Positions 1-8,930 of a stretch of 20,728 bases of DNA are shown here, piece by piece. Origin of the DNA: Opitutales bacterium (GTDB lineage Bacteria; Verrucomicrobiota; Verrucomicrobiia; Opitutales; JABSRG01); the NCBI GenBank assembly GCA_049599475.1, contig JBMYOQ010000070.1, forward strand, positions 1-20,728, given 5' to 3'. Position 1 is the stretch's first letter. Every line of letters begins with the position of its first letter. A program made the translations under genes and the position numbers. A model generated the notes under the pieces. That model was not told the DNA's origin. It saw only the letters and a list, made by a program, of their open reading frames with translations, and did no database searches.

Positions 1-166
1 CATTTGCAGAATACGCAGAGAGTAAACGAAAAGACTTTTGAGAAACGGTCTAGGTGCAATCGCCGTTCCGTAATGCCTCCTTCAGCTTCGCCGCCGTCCA
101 CCGCCTGGAGGTCGGCGGCTGCCTCTTGTTTGCTTTTTAGGTGGCGATATTCGCGTGGACCCAGCG

Positions 167-925
167 CTACGCCATCTTCCGCCAGCCGGCTAGGTATTCT
201 CTATTGCCATCGCCGCCTTTGATTGGGGAGTCGATGGTTCCTATGAGTTGGGAGCCGGGTAAATGCTCGGCCACGAATTCTAGTATCTCGCTACGCGTCC
301 GTTCTTGCACGACTGGATCGCGGATTACACCGCGCCCTTTGTCGACTTCGGCTTTTGCGGCCTCGAACTGAGGTTTGATGAGCGATACCATGGTGCCGCC
401 GGCCGCTACACGGGGCCAGATGGCAGCGAGCACCTTTTTGAGGGAAATGAAGGATAGGTCCATGACCACGATGGGATAGGCTTCATGGGGCAGTGAGGCG
501 GCCTCCAGGTCGCGGGCATTAATTTTCTCGAAGTTAGAAACGCGGGCGTCGTTGAGCAATTTGCTGCTGAGTTGGGCGCGCCCCACATCGACGCACGTCG
601 CTTCAGTGACGCCGCGCTGCAGCAGGCAATCTGTGAAACCGCCGGTAGATGCGCCCACATCCAGGCTCCGGAGCCCCGCTACATCGATCTGAAAGTGGTC
701 CAGGAAGCCCTCGATCTTTTCGCCGCCTCGACTTACGAAACGAGGCGGCTGCTCGAGCTCTAGGTCGATATCCTCCGGGAAGGTCTTACCCGGCTTGTCT
801 AGAATAGTGGTCCCGGAGCGTACTTTTCCAGACATGATGAGCGCCTTGGCTCGCGAGCGAGAGTCGCACAGCTCGCGTTCGACTAGGAGTTCATCGAGGC
901 GCACTTTTCGGGGTTTTGCGGGCAT
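167..925 (-). CDS. tlyA: TlyA-family 16S/23S rRNA (cytidine-2'-O)-methyltransferase
   Basis: N-terminal S4-like domain ([27 protein letters not shown]), then [11 protein letters not shown]-binding [32 protein letters not shown] and [13 protein letters not shown]. The K-D-K-E tetrad is present. ATG at 925 is preferred over the TTG at 949 in the ORF track. Confidence 0.95.
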   Translation of the reverse strand: MPAKPRKVRLDELLVERELCDSRSRAKALIMSGKVRSGTTILDKPGKTFPEDIDLELEQPPRFVSRGGEKIEGFLDHFQIDVAGLRSLDVGASTGGFTDCLLQRGVTEATCVDVGRAQLSSKLLNDARVSNFEKINARDLEAASLPHEAYPIVVMDLSFISLKKVLAAIWPRVAAGGTMVSLIKPQFEAAKAEVDKGRGVIRDPVVQERTRSEILEFVAEHLPGSQLIGTIDSPIKGGDGNREYLAGWRKMA

Positions 926-1045
926 GGGAAATCGAGATTGGTTTATCAATAAGTTGGCGTTACTGGCCGGCTCTTCAGTTTCGCTTATGCCTATGTTTCA
1001 AAGATTTGTGAATAACTTTCGTATACTCCAGATGGGTTAATGATC

Positions 1046-1074
1046 TTGACTTGTGGGGCGAAATGGGGATTAGT
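1046..1074 (+). promoter_or_regulatory. Candidate sigma70-type promoter for the mraZ/dcw operon
   Basis: TTGACT at 1046-1051 is a near-consensus -35. The hexamer 17 bp downstream (ATTAGT, 1069-1074) is a poor -10, so only the -35 is well supported. The site overlaps the MraZ boxes. Confidence 0.4.
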
Positions 1075-1088
1075 GGGAGGCTATGGTG
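1054..1088 (+). promoter_or_regulatory. MraZ operator: direct repeats at 10-bp period
   Basis: TGGGG (1054), TGGGG (1064), TGGGA (1074) and TGGTG (1084) are exactly 10 bp apart, directly upstream of mraZ. This matches the known TGGGN-N5 MraZ binding repeats. Confidence 0.85.
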
Positions 1089-1113
1089 CAAATGGCCACG
1101 CACCTTATAATCC

Positions 1114-1584
1114 ATGGATTCATTCGACTCAGGACTGTTTATTGGTGTCCATCATCGTAACCTCGATGATAAGGGTCGTCTCACTGTGCCCGCAGCCTGG
1201 CGCCCGAAGAAGGGGTCTGAGGCGAGTGAAGGCGCAAAATCAGGGGTATTCTTAGCGATCCCCAACCCGAGTGGTTACATCACTGTGTATCCGCCGGAAC
1301 GCGTGCAGGACCTGAAAGCAAAGCTGGGCAAGATTGGTCTTAAAGACCGTGGCAAGCGGAGCAGTCTCACACGTTTTCTCTCGATGCTTCACGAGTTCGA
1401 GTTTGATAAGCAAGGGCGCATCAATTTGAGCGCAGCCCTTATGAAGCACGCAGGGATTGAGAAAGAGGCGGTCATGCTCGGTGAGCTGTCCTCCTTCGCG
1501 ATCTACAGCCCTGAATCATATGATCGGGAAATGGACGTTTCTGATGAGGCTCTAGATGAGACCTTTGAGGAGTTTGAACTATAA
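1114..1584 (+). CDS. mraZ: Division/cell wall cluster transcriptional repressor MraZ
   Basis: Two SpoVT/AbrB-like repeats with DxxxR motifs (LDDKGRLTVP, FDKQGRINL), 156 aa, first gene of the dcw cluster. Confidence 0.95.
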   Translation: MDSFDSGLFIGVHHRNLDDKGRLTVPAAWRPKKGSEASEGAKSGVFLAIPNPSGYITVYPPERVQDLKAKLGKIGLKDRGKRSSLTRFLSMLHEFEFDKQGRINLSAALMKHAGIEKEAVMLGELSSFAIYSPESYDREMDVSDEALDETFEEFEL

Positions 1585-1653
1585 GGGGGGAATTCTAATG
1601 AGCATACACATCTCAAAAACGAATTCCCAGTCATCGCTGGAAAAGGCCAGGCT

Positions 1654-2637
1654 ATGTATTGCGGAGTAGATAGTTTCGGCAGTTCAAGCGATCGTTCGGT
1701 GCATGTCCCTGTCTTGTTTGATGAGGTTTTAGAGGCGTTTCACCCATTGGCAGACAAGTCACTGCTCATCTGTGATGCGACCTTCGGGGGTGGTGGCCAC
1801 ACGCGAGGCCTTTTGAACACCCTGCCCAAGGCTAATCTAGTCGGCCTGGATCAGGATCCAGATGCCATCGTGCGGGCAGATGAGGTAAAGCGAGAGTTTG
1901 GCGAGCGCTTTGAGTTTGTATCTACCAATTTCGAACACATCGGTGAGGTCGACACTCTTGAAGCGGGAGTCGACGGCGTGCTTTTTGACCTCGGGGTATC
2001 ATCATTCCAGTTCGATGATGGAGCGCGTGGCTTCAGCTTTCGAGAAGATGCACCGCTGGATATGCGGATGGATACGCGTGTCGGTCGTAGTGCTGCAGAG
2101 TTTCTAGAAGACGCAGATGAAGCTGAACTGGTCGAAGCGGTTCGCGACTTTGGTGAAGAGAAGCAGTGGCGAAAGGTCGTCTCGGCAATACAGTTCGCTC
2201 GTGGCAGTGGGCAGCTTGAGCGCACGCAGTCGTTCGCATCTTTGATTCAAGAGACGATAGGAACGCCTCCGCGTTATCGCAAAGGACAGCGTGTGAATAA
2301 GATCCATCCTGCGACGCTAACGTTTCAAGGCGTGCGAATCGCGGTCAACCGCGAGATCAGTGTCATGGAGAAGGCGATACCTGCTGCTTTTGAAATTCTA
2401 AAACCAGGAGGCATCCTCGCAGTGATCAGTTTTCACTCGCTCGAAGATCGCTTTATAAAACGCATTTTCCGGCGCTTCGCGGGTCGACCCGAGCACCGTT
2501 ACGACTCTCGCCTACAGGAAGAGCGGCCTGTTCAAGCTGAGATGATCAATACGAAGGCAATTCAGCCTTCTCAGGAAGAAATTCAATCCAATCCGCGCAG
2601 TCGATCAGCCAGGTTGCGCGTGCTTAAGAGACTATAA
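1654..2637 (+). CDS. rsmH: 16S rRNA (cytosine1402-N4)-methyltransferase RsmH (MraW)
   Basis: HVPVL, DATFGGGGH, DQDPDA, FDLGVSSFQFD, RGFSF..DAPLDMRMD, HPATLTFQGVRIAVNRE, ISFHSLEDR and NPRSRSARLR. The start is uncertain (ATG 1654 or GTG 1699). Confidence 0.97.
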   Translation: MYCGVDSFGSSSDRSVHVPVLFDEVLEAFHPLADKSLLICDATFGGGGHTRGLLNTLPKANLVGLDQDPDAIVRADEVKREFGERFEFVSTNFEHIGEVDTLEAGVDGVLFDLGVSSFQFDDGARGFSFREDAPLDMRMDTRVGRSAAEFLEDADEAELVEAVRDFGEEKQWRKVVSAIQFARGSGQLERTQSFASLIQETIGTPPRYRKGQRVNKIHPATLTFQGVRIAVNREISVMEKAIPAAFEILKPGGILAVISFHSLEDRFIKRIFRRFAGRPEHRYDSRLQEERPVQAEMINTKAIQPSQEEIQSNPRSRSARLRVLKRL

Positions 2638-2654
2638 TTCGAGTTGAAATTGTC

Positions 2655-3050
2655 ATGAAAAACCAAGCACTTTTTATCTTTCTAGCATTTGTGATCCTCC
2701 TGACTGCAGTTGGTGGAGCCTTCGGTGTGGTGTGGACGCGAATTGAGGCCGCGAATATCGCAAAAGAGAATGCGCACATGGAAAAGGAAATTGCGCGACT
2801 TCAACGCGAAGAAATGCATTTGACTTCCGTGATCGCAGATTTGGAACGTCCTGAAAATTTAAAGGTCCTACTCGCTGAGTTGGGTAGCGACTTGGGACCT
2901 GTGCCATCCGATCGATTGATTCGTATCGGTGAGGATACTCAGTTGCCCGATCTTGAGTCGGTTCATGTATCCACGTCCAGAGATGAACGTCCTACATTTC
3001 AGTTGAGCTCGCAGCAGCCAGTGAGGCGCCCTGTTTTTATCCGTGAATAA
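2655..3050 (+). CDS. ftsL: FtsL-like bitopic cell division protein
   Basis: Lies between rsmH and ftsI. Has an N-terminal TM helix (ALFIFLAFVILLTAVGGAFGVVW) and a heptad coiled coil (AKENAHMEKEIARLQREEMHLTSVIADLERPENL) followed by a ..LG.DL..V segment resembling FtsL. The assignment rests mainly on synteny and architecture. Confidence 0.7.
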   Translation: MKNQALFIFLAFVILLTAVGGAFGVVWTRIEAANIAKENAHMEKEIARLQREEMHLTSVIADLERPENLKVLLAELGSDLGPVPSDRLIRIGEDTQLPDLESVHVSTSRDERPTFQLSSQQPVRRPVFIRE

Positions 3051-3067
3051 GATGTAGATAACCTTTA

Positions 3068-4828
3068 ATGCAAAATCCTTTATCCAGAAATCCACGACAA
3101 ATTATCCTATTTATTGGGGTAATGATCGCGTTTGGAATTATTGCGACGCGATTGACTTTTCTGCATGTCGTTGATCGGGAAGAATACCTTGCCTACTTGG
3201 ATGAATACCGTATGCGTGTGGATGAATTGCCGGCGCGGCGGGGAGATATTTTGGATCGTCGGGGAAATATTCAAGCGACGAGTCAGCCGTATTACGTCGT
3301 CGGAGTCGACCCGCATTCAATCACGGAAGATGACTGGGGGCAGTTTGTGGAGATTGCCGAAATGCTCGATATCGAACCGTCCGCAGTAATTTCAGCATTC
3401 GAGAATACACATACTAAATCGAATAAGAAACGGCGCTGGGTAAAACTAGCAGAACGTGTTGATGAAGAGTCCTACCGTGCTCTCAAAGAGAAGGTTTCTC
3501 GAGGTATTTATGGTACGCGCACTTTCGAGCGCTTTTACCCTGGGCATTTTTCTGCGGCCCATGTTTTGGGCATGATGAACAAAGAAGGGCAGCCGGTCAC
3601 GGGAATCGAACGGGTGTTCGACTTCTATCTGCGCGGCCAAGATGGGTGGGTGGAGACAGAGTCTGACAGTCGTCGTCGTGAGTTGGCGCAATTTCGCTCT
3701 CGGGAAGTGCTCCCGAAAAATGGTTTAGATGTCGTACTTACCCTCGATCAAGTGATTCAGCATTTCACTGAATCTGCTGCGATTGAAATACAGTCTGATT
3801 ATGAGCCAGAGGGTATTTCAATCATTGTCAGTGAAGTGGATACTGGCTCGATTTTGGCGATGACGGTCTTGCCTGGGTTCGATCCAAACACGTATTGGGA
3901 TTTCCCTGTTCCTTACCACCGCAACCGTGCGCTCACAGATATCTTTGAACCAGGGTCTACATTTAAGATTGTTGCCGCATCGGGAGCCTTGGAAGAGGGG
4001 CTGGTGGATATTAATGATGTCTTCGATACGAGCTTAACAGCGATTGAATACAACGGAAGAAACGTTCGCTTACCCAAGGATCACAAAATCTACGATCAGA
4101 TGACAATGTCGCAGATCGTGGTAAAGTCTAGCAACCGGGGAGCTGCGTTCCTTGGGATGATGTTGGGTGATGATGGTATGTATCAGTACTCTCGTGATTT
4201 CGGATTTGGGGAACGTTCGGGAATCAACTTACCCGCTGAAGATTTCGGCATTCTGCATAGGCCCAAAAATTGGGATGGGCTGACTATTTCTCGCCTGCCC
4301 ATGGGGCACGCGATTGGTGCGACTCCGATCCAAGTGCATATGGCAATGGCGGTGATCGCCAATGATGGTATCCGTATGGCGCCTCGGATCGTGGAAAGCG
4401 TTGTCGATGAGCATAATGTGCCTGTTGTGCGTGTTCCGCCGCGGCAGATTGGTCGAGTGATTACCGAAGAAACCGCTCGCGTGATGACGAATCTATTATC
4501 TGAAGTAGTGTCTCCCCGAGGGACTGCACGGAATGCTCAAATACCTTCGTTTACTGCTGCTGGAAAGACTGGGACTACTCAAAAAATCGTGAATGGTCGC
4601 TATTCAAACACCGAGCACGTCGCCTCATTTAGTGGATTTTTCCCGGCGCAACGTCCTGAGATCGTGATCACAATCGTTGTGGATAACCCTGATTTGGAGG
4701 GCGTTGGTTATGGGGGACGCGTCGCTGGTCCAATCTTTTCCAAGCTAGGAAAGCAAATTGCGGAATACTTAGGCTTCGAAGCTGAAGAGTATCGTACTGT
4801 CTTTGCTATGAAAGGGGGCGCTCAATGA
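3068..4828 (+). CDS. ftsI: Class B penicillin-binding protein FtsI/PBP3 (septal transpeptidase)
   Basis: N-terminal TM, pedestal motifs RGDILDRRG, RFYP, GIE and LTLD, and transpeptidase motifs SxxK (EPGSTFK), SxN (KSSN) and KTG (GKTGT). Canonical dcw position. Confidence 0.95.
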   Translation: MQNPLSRNPRQIILFIGVMIAFGIIATRLTFLHVVDREEYLAYLDEYRMRVDELPARRGDILDRRGNIQATSQPYYVVGVDPHSITEDDWGQFVEIAEMLDIEPSAVISAFENTHTKSNKKRRWVKLAERVDEESYRALKEKVSRGIYGTRTFERFYPGHFSAAHVLGMMNKEGQPVTGIERVFDFYLRGQDGWVETESDSRRRELAQFRSREVLPKNGLDVVLTLDQVIQHFTESAAIEIQSDYEPEGISIIVSEVDTGSILAMTVLPGFDPNTYWDFPVPYHRNRALTDIFEPGSTFKIVAASGALEEGLVDINDVFDTSLTAIEYNGRNVRLPKDHKIYDQMTMSQIVVKSSNRGAAFLGMMLGDDGMYQYSRDFGFGERSGINLPAEDFGILHRPKNWDGLTISRLPMGHAIGATPIQVHMAMAVIANDGIRMAPRIVESVVDEHNVPVVRVPPRQIGRVITEETARVMTNLLSEVVSPRGTARNAQIPSFTAAGKTGTTQKIVNGRYSNTEHVASFSGFFPAQRPEIVITIVVDNPDLEGVGYGGRVAGPIFSKLGKQIAEYLGFEAEEYRTVFAMKGGAQ

Positions 4829-6414
4829 TTGGCGGCGTTCCCTTGCACATAAACTATTTCTTGAACGCAGCGGTAAGTCGCGGCGAGCAGCATATGCATG
4901 CTCAGAATGGCATGGCGAAATTGTCACCAAGCCTGAAGACTCTTCTTAAGGCGACACGTACCCTGAAAACCAAAGGGACATTAGGGGATACAGTGACGAA
5001 CCTCGCAACGGACAGTCGGCGCGTCGTACCAGGTTCATTGTTCTTTGCCCTGCCAGGATTGCGGGTAGATGGAAATACCTTTGTCGAGGAAGCCATTGGC
5101 CGGGGTGCTGTGGGTATTGTCACTGAAAAGCTACGCAAAGGGGTATGCCCGGTGCCGGTAATTCAGGTGGAGAATGTACGCCGAGCGTTGGCAGAGATTG
5201 CCGCTGAGTTTTATGGGCACCCAGAGCAGGCATTAAGAAACTGTGGTGTTACTGGCACGAATGGGAAGACCACAGTCACTATGCTTGCTCAGCACCTACT
5301 GAGTGAAGAGAAGCCCGTTGGCCTGATTGGAACGGTTCGTTACGATGTTGGACCACGAACATTCCCGGCTTTCAGAACGACACCTGAAGCGCTCGACTGT
5401 TTTGCGCTGCTCGATCAAATGCGCCAGAGTGCGTGTGAACAAGTCATGATGGAAGTTAGCTCACATGGTATTGACCAGGAGCGCATTTGGGGCATCCCAT
5501 TCGAAACAGCTGTATTTACGAACCTCACACAAGATCATCTCGATTATCACAAGGACTTTGAATCCTACTACCGCGCGAAGGCTCAGTTATTTCACGGTGT
5601 AGGCGCGCGTGCGCCGAAGATTTCTATTATTAATATAGATGACACATGGGGTGAGCGATTGGCTCGCGAAGTTGTCCCGAACACAGAAGTGTGGAGCTTT
5701 GGTAGGCATGTAGAAGCGCGATTCAGGATACAGATTGAAACATTGAATGCTGCCGGTGGTGTATTCGTACTTCATGACACTGTGAGCGGAGATGACCTCA
5801 CGGTAGAGACATCGCTACTCGGTGAATATAATGTGTATAACCTCGTTGCAGCGATTCTGATTGCTAAGTCTTTGGGGAAATCCTCTGAAGAGATCCTGCG
5901 CCGAATTGAAACCTTGCCTGATGTGCCAGGGAGAATGGAGCGTATCTCCTCGAAAGAAGGTGTTAACGTATTGGTTGATTATGCACATACAGACGACGCT
6001 ATTCACAATGCGCTGAAAATGTTGCGCTCAATTACTGAGGGTAAAATTCATATTGTCTTTGGCTGTGGCGGAGATCGCGATAGGACAAAGCGGGCCAAAA
6101 TGGTGGAAGCCGCGGAACCGCTTGCGGATACACTTGTGCTTACTTCAGATAATCCACGCTCCGAACCGATCGAGCAGATATTCTCTGACATGCGTTCCGG
6201 CTTAAAAACGCAAGATCCAGCTAGGATCAAAATTATCCGGGATCGACGAGAGGCCATATCTGCAGCGCTCCGAATTGCTGAGAAGGGTGACTGTGTGCTT
6301 GTTGCGGGAAAAGGGCATGAAAATTTCCAAGAAATTGAAGGGGCGTTGATACCCTTTGATGACCGTCAAGTCGTTAAAGAACTGATACAAATTCACGAAT
6401 TAAGGTCTGTGTGA
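4825..6414 (+). CDS. murE: UDP-MurNAc-L-Ala-D-Glu:meso-diaminopimelate ligase MurE
   Basis: TDSRRV, GVTGTNGKTT, RTTPE, MEVSSHG, FTNLTQDHLDYH, VPGRME, VDYAHT, FGCGGDRDRTKR, the DNPR mDAP-specificity motif and AGKGHE. The ATGA overlaps the ftsI stop and has AGGGGG 6 nt upstream. Alternative ATGs are at 4894 and 4912. Confidence 0.97.
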   Translation: MIGGVPLHINYFLNAAVSRGEQHMHAQNGMAKLSPSLKTLLKATRTLKTKGTLGDTVTNLATDSRRVVPGSLFFALPGLRVDGNTFVEEAIGRGAVGIVTEKLRKGVCPVPVIQVENVRRALAEIAAEFYGHPEQALRNCGVTGTNGKTTVTMLAQHLLSEEKPVGLIGTVRYDVGPRTFPAFRTTPEALDCFALLDQMRQSACEQVMMEVSSHGIDQERIWGIPFETAVFTNLTQDHLDYHKDFESYYRAKAQLFHGVGARAPKISIINIDDTWGERLAREVVPNTEVWSFGRHVEARFRIQIETLNAAGGVFVLHDTVSGDDLTVETSLLGEYNVYNLVAAILIAKSLGKSSEEILRRIETLPDVPGRMERISSKEGVNVLVDYAHTDDAIHNALKMLRSITEGKIHIVFGCGGDRDRTKRAKMVEAAEPLADTLVLTSDNPRSEPIEQIFSDMRSGLKTQDPARIKIIRDRREAISAALRIAEKGDCVLVAGKGHENFQEIEGALIPFDDRQVVKELIQIHELRSV

Positions 6415-6418
6415 TTGT

Positions 6419-7822
6419 ATGGAATTGGATGCACAGTTTTTTCAGACTACCTTAGGGGGCGGAACCTGGGGAGCCGGAGCGTTTCGCGGCGCGGTTACTG
6501 GTTTTTCTCAGGATACTCGGAGAATTGTATCTGGGAATTGTTTTGTTGCACTGAAGACAAGCAAACGAGATGGACATGACTTTCTTGAGGACGCACGTGC
6601 CAACGGAGCGATTGTCGCCTTGGTGTCGCGATACCAGCCTTCTTGCGAACTGCCTCAATTTGTAGTGAAAGATGCGGGACGCGGGCTGCAACTTCTGGCA
6701 AAGAGGCACCGTGAACGGTTTGTGAATAAGCTGGTTGGGATCACGGGTTCTGCCGGAAAAACATCTACAAAAAATCTGATCGCAAGTCTATTGGGAGACG
6801 GCGTTTGTGCCACTTCCGGCAATCTAAACAATACGCTTGGAGTGCCTCTGTCCTTATTGCGCCTTCGCAAGGAAAACTCTTTCGGGGTGTTTGAGGCAGG
6901 CATTGATCGCCCTGGCGAGATGGACATCTTGGCCGAAATGATTCAGCCGGACATCGGAGTTGTTACCTTGATCGCGGAGGCTCATCTAGAGCGACTGGGA
7001 TCACTCGACGGGGTGGCCCGGGAAAAGGTCAAAATACTTCAGGGTATTTCCAGCGATGGTTTAGCGATTTTTACGGAAGGTTGTTACCAATACGAGGACT
7101 TTAAGCGCTTGGACTGCCCAGCATGGGTGGTGACTCGCGATCCGAGCATGAATTTGGAATCCGTTCGACAAACGCGGGTTCCCTACTGGACTGAAACTAC
7201 GAATATACAATATGGAGGGGTCCGGGTCTGCATATCTGGACCTCTCCGTTCGCTTTCAAAATTCGACTTGCCTGCGATGTCGCAAGGGATGATTGAGAAT
7301 GCGGTTTTGGCTATTTTAGTGGCTCAATATCTTGGTGTCGCTGACCCGGCAATACAGGAGCGGTTGAGTGCTTGGCAAGCTGCAGATCAGCGCGGGCAAT
7401 GGGTGAAGGGAGCGGACCGAAATGTATATGTGGACTGCTATAATGCGAACCCTGCTTCAATGATCGACTCTGCGAAGTTTTTCGATCGCTCGACCCAGGA
7501 TTCGCCCTCGCGTACGTATATTTTGGGTACCATGAATGAATTGGGGGAAGATGCGTCTCGCTTGCACCGCGAGGTCGCTAGCCAATTGCCGGTTGGTCCG
7601 AGCGATCGAGTATTCTGTGTGGGTGCGGAGGCTGAGGCGATGCGCGATGGTATTCTCGATAAAATGCCTCTATTTGATAATATTGCGAATTACGTGGATG
7701 TAGAATCAATGTCTGAAGACTGGTTAAAATTGTCTGGTGAGATCTTCCTGAAAGGTAGCCGTGGCTTGAAACTAGAAGCTTTGCTTGAGCTCGAGGTAGA
7801 GGAGAAAGGTGCAGCATGTTAA
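6419..7822 (+). CDS. murF: UDP-MurNAc-tripeptide:D-Ala-D-Ala ligase MurF
   Basis: DTRR, RDGHDF, GITGSAGKTSTK, GNLNNTLGVPLSL, AHLERLGS, DCYNANPASM, LGTMNELG and LKGSRGLKLE. Confidence 0.96.
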   Translation: MELDAQFFQTTLGGGTWGAGAFRGAVTGFSQDTRRIVSGNCFVALKTSKRDGHDFLEDARANGAIVALVSRYQPSCELPQFVVKDAGRGLQLLAKRHRERFVNKLVGITGSAGKTSTKNLIASLLGDGVCATSGNLNNTLGVPLSLLRLRKENSFGVFEAGIDRPGEMDILAEMIQPDIGVVTLIAEAHLERLGSLDGVAREKVKILQGISSDGLAIFTEGCYQYEDFKRLDCPAWVVTRDPSMNLESVRQTRVPYWTETTNIQYGGVRVCISGPLRSLSKFDLPAMSQGMIENAVLAILVAQYLGVADPAIQERLSAWQAADQRGQWVKGADRNVYVDCYNANPASMIDSAKFFDRSTQDSPSRTYILGTMNELGEDASRLHREVASQLPVGPSDRVFCVGAEAEAMRDGILDKMPLFDNIANYVDVESMSEDWLKLSGEIFLKGSRGLKLEALLELEVEEKGAAC

Positions 7823-8916
7823 GCTGGCTGGCAGAGTTTGAATCGGTCTTTGGACCTATGCGTCTATTTCGGTCCATTACCTTTCGAGCGATGATGGCTG
7901 GGGTCACGGCCTTAACGATCGGATTTCTGATCGCTCCCATGGTGATTGCGCGTTTACGTCGATTTAAAATGGAGCAGGCGTTTCGCGACGAAAAAGAGGT
8001 CGGCAAGTTGGCTGAGCTACACGCGAGTAAGAAAAGCACTCCTACGATGGGTGGAATTATCATTTGTGTCTCGGTGACTGCGAGTGCGATTCTCTGGGCG
8101 GCGCCCAATGCCTTTGTTCTCACGAGTATCGTAGTATATCTCGGATTGACCTTCATCGGCTTTGCGGATGACTACTTGAAAGTCAGCAAAAAGAACAGCA
8201 AAGGTCTGCCCGGTCGCTGGAAATTGATAGGGCAGGCCGTTATCACTGTCGCTGCCCTGAGTATCTTGAATTTGGATACGAGTATCGGTGAGCGTATGGC
8301 CGAGCTTTGGCTTCCTTTTATCAAAGAGCCCGTTTGGACGACGATGCCTCTGTGGTTTGTCGCAGTGTTTCTTTTCTTTGTCCTCGGAGGTTCTAGCAAC
8401 GCGATTAACCTCACAGATGGCGTCGATGGACTGGCGATTGGCTGCACCGTGACGGTTGCCTTGGCCTATATGATTATGGCCTATGCCGCGGGAAATACCA
8501 TCGTGGCGGAATATCTCTTCATTAGTTATCTCCCGGGAGCTGGAGAATTAGCGATTGTGTGTTCAGCCTTGTTGGGCGGCAGTTTGGCGTTCTTATGGTT
8601 TAATGCTCACCCCGCCCAGGTGTTTATGGGGGATACCGGTTCGCTCGCACTCGGTGGCTTGATTGGCGCGATCGCCTTTATGGTGCATCAGCCCTTCACG
8701 CTAGTTATTGTCGGAGGTATCTTTGTGATCGAAGCACTCTCGGTGATGCTGCAGGTCGGTTCGTATAAAACCACCGGGAAACGCATTTTTCGCATGTCTC
8801 CGATCCATCACCATTTTGAGCTGGGAGGCTGGCATGAAATGCAGGTGGTGATTCGCTTTTGGATTCTCTCTCTAATTTTTGCAATTTTTGGTTTAGCAAC
8901 ACTCAAACTCAGATAG
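7816..8916 (+). CDS. mraY: Phospho-MurNAc-pentapeptide transferase MraY
   Basis: Polytopic membrane protein with TPTMGG, GFADDYLK, NAINLTDGVDGLA, PAQVFMGDTGSLALG and MSPIHHHFE. Overlaps murF by 7 nt. Confidence 0.98.
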   Translation: MLSWLAEFESVFGPMRLFRSITFRAMMAGVTALTIGFLIAPMVIARLRRFKMEQAFRDEKEVGKLAELHASKKSTPTMGGIIICVSVTASAILWAAPNAFVLTSIVVYLGLTFIGFADDYLKVSKKNSKGLPGRWKLIGQAVITVAALSILNLDTSIGERMAELWLPFIKEPVWTTMPLWFVAVFLFFVLGGSSNAINLTDGVDGLAIGCTVTVALAYMIMAYAAGNTIVAEYLFISYLPGAGELAIVCSALLGGSLAFLWFNAHPAQVFMGDTGSLALGGLIGAIAFMVHQPFTLVIVGGIFVIEALSVMLQVGSYKTTGKRIFRMSPIHHHFELGGWHEMQVVIRFWILSLIFAIFGLATLKLR

Positions 8917-8930
8917 ACTGACAAATACTC

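Noticed and set aside
1..3. CAT at the window edge as the start codon of a - strand gene downstream of tlyA
   Set aside because: Only one codon is visible, so it cannot be supported.
167..925. tlyA looks somewhat more GC-rich than parts of the dcw genes (possible horizontal transfer)
   Set aside because: Spot counts vary widely within the dcw genes too. There are no flanking repeats, integrase or tRNA, and strand-related codon bias is a simpler explanation.
1054..1088. Short direct repeats as a CRISPR or iteron array
   Set aside because: 5-bp units at 10-bp period are far too short, no cas or rep gene is present, and MraZ boxes explain them fully.
1106..1111. Perfect TATAAT just upstream of mraZ
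   Set aside because: It lies only 2 nt before the ATG, so a transcript starting 6-8 nt downstream would omit the start codon. There is no matching -35 at 16-18 bp.
1114..2637. mraZ and rsmH share a reading frame separated by a single TAA (possible readthrough fusion)
   Set aside because: A 23-codon open spacer is easily chance, TAA is an efficient stop, and both proteins are complete on their own.
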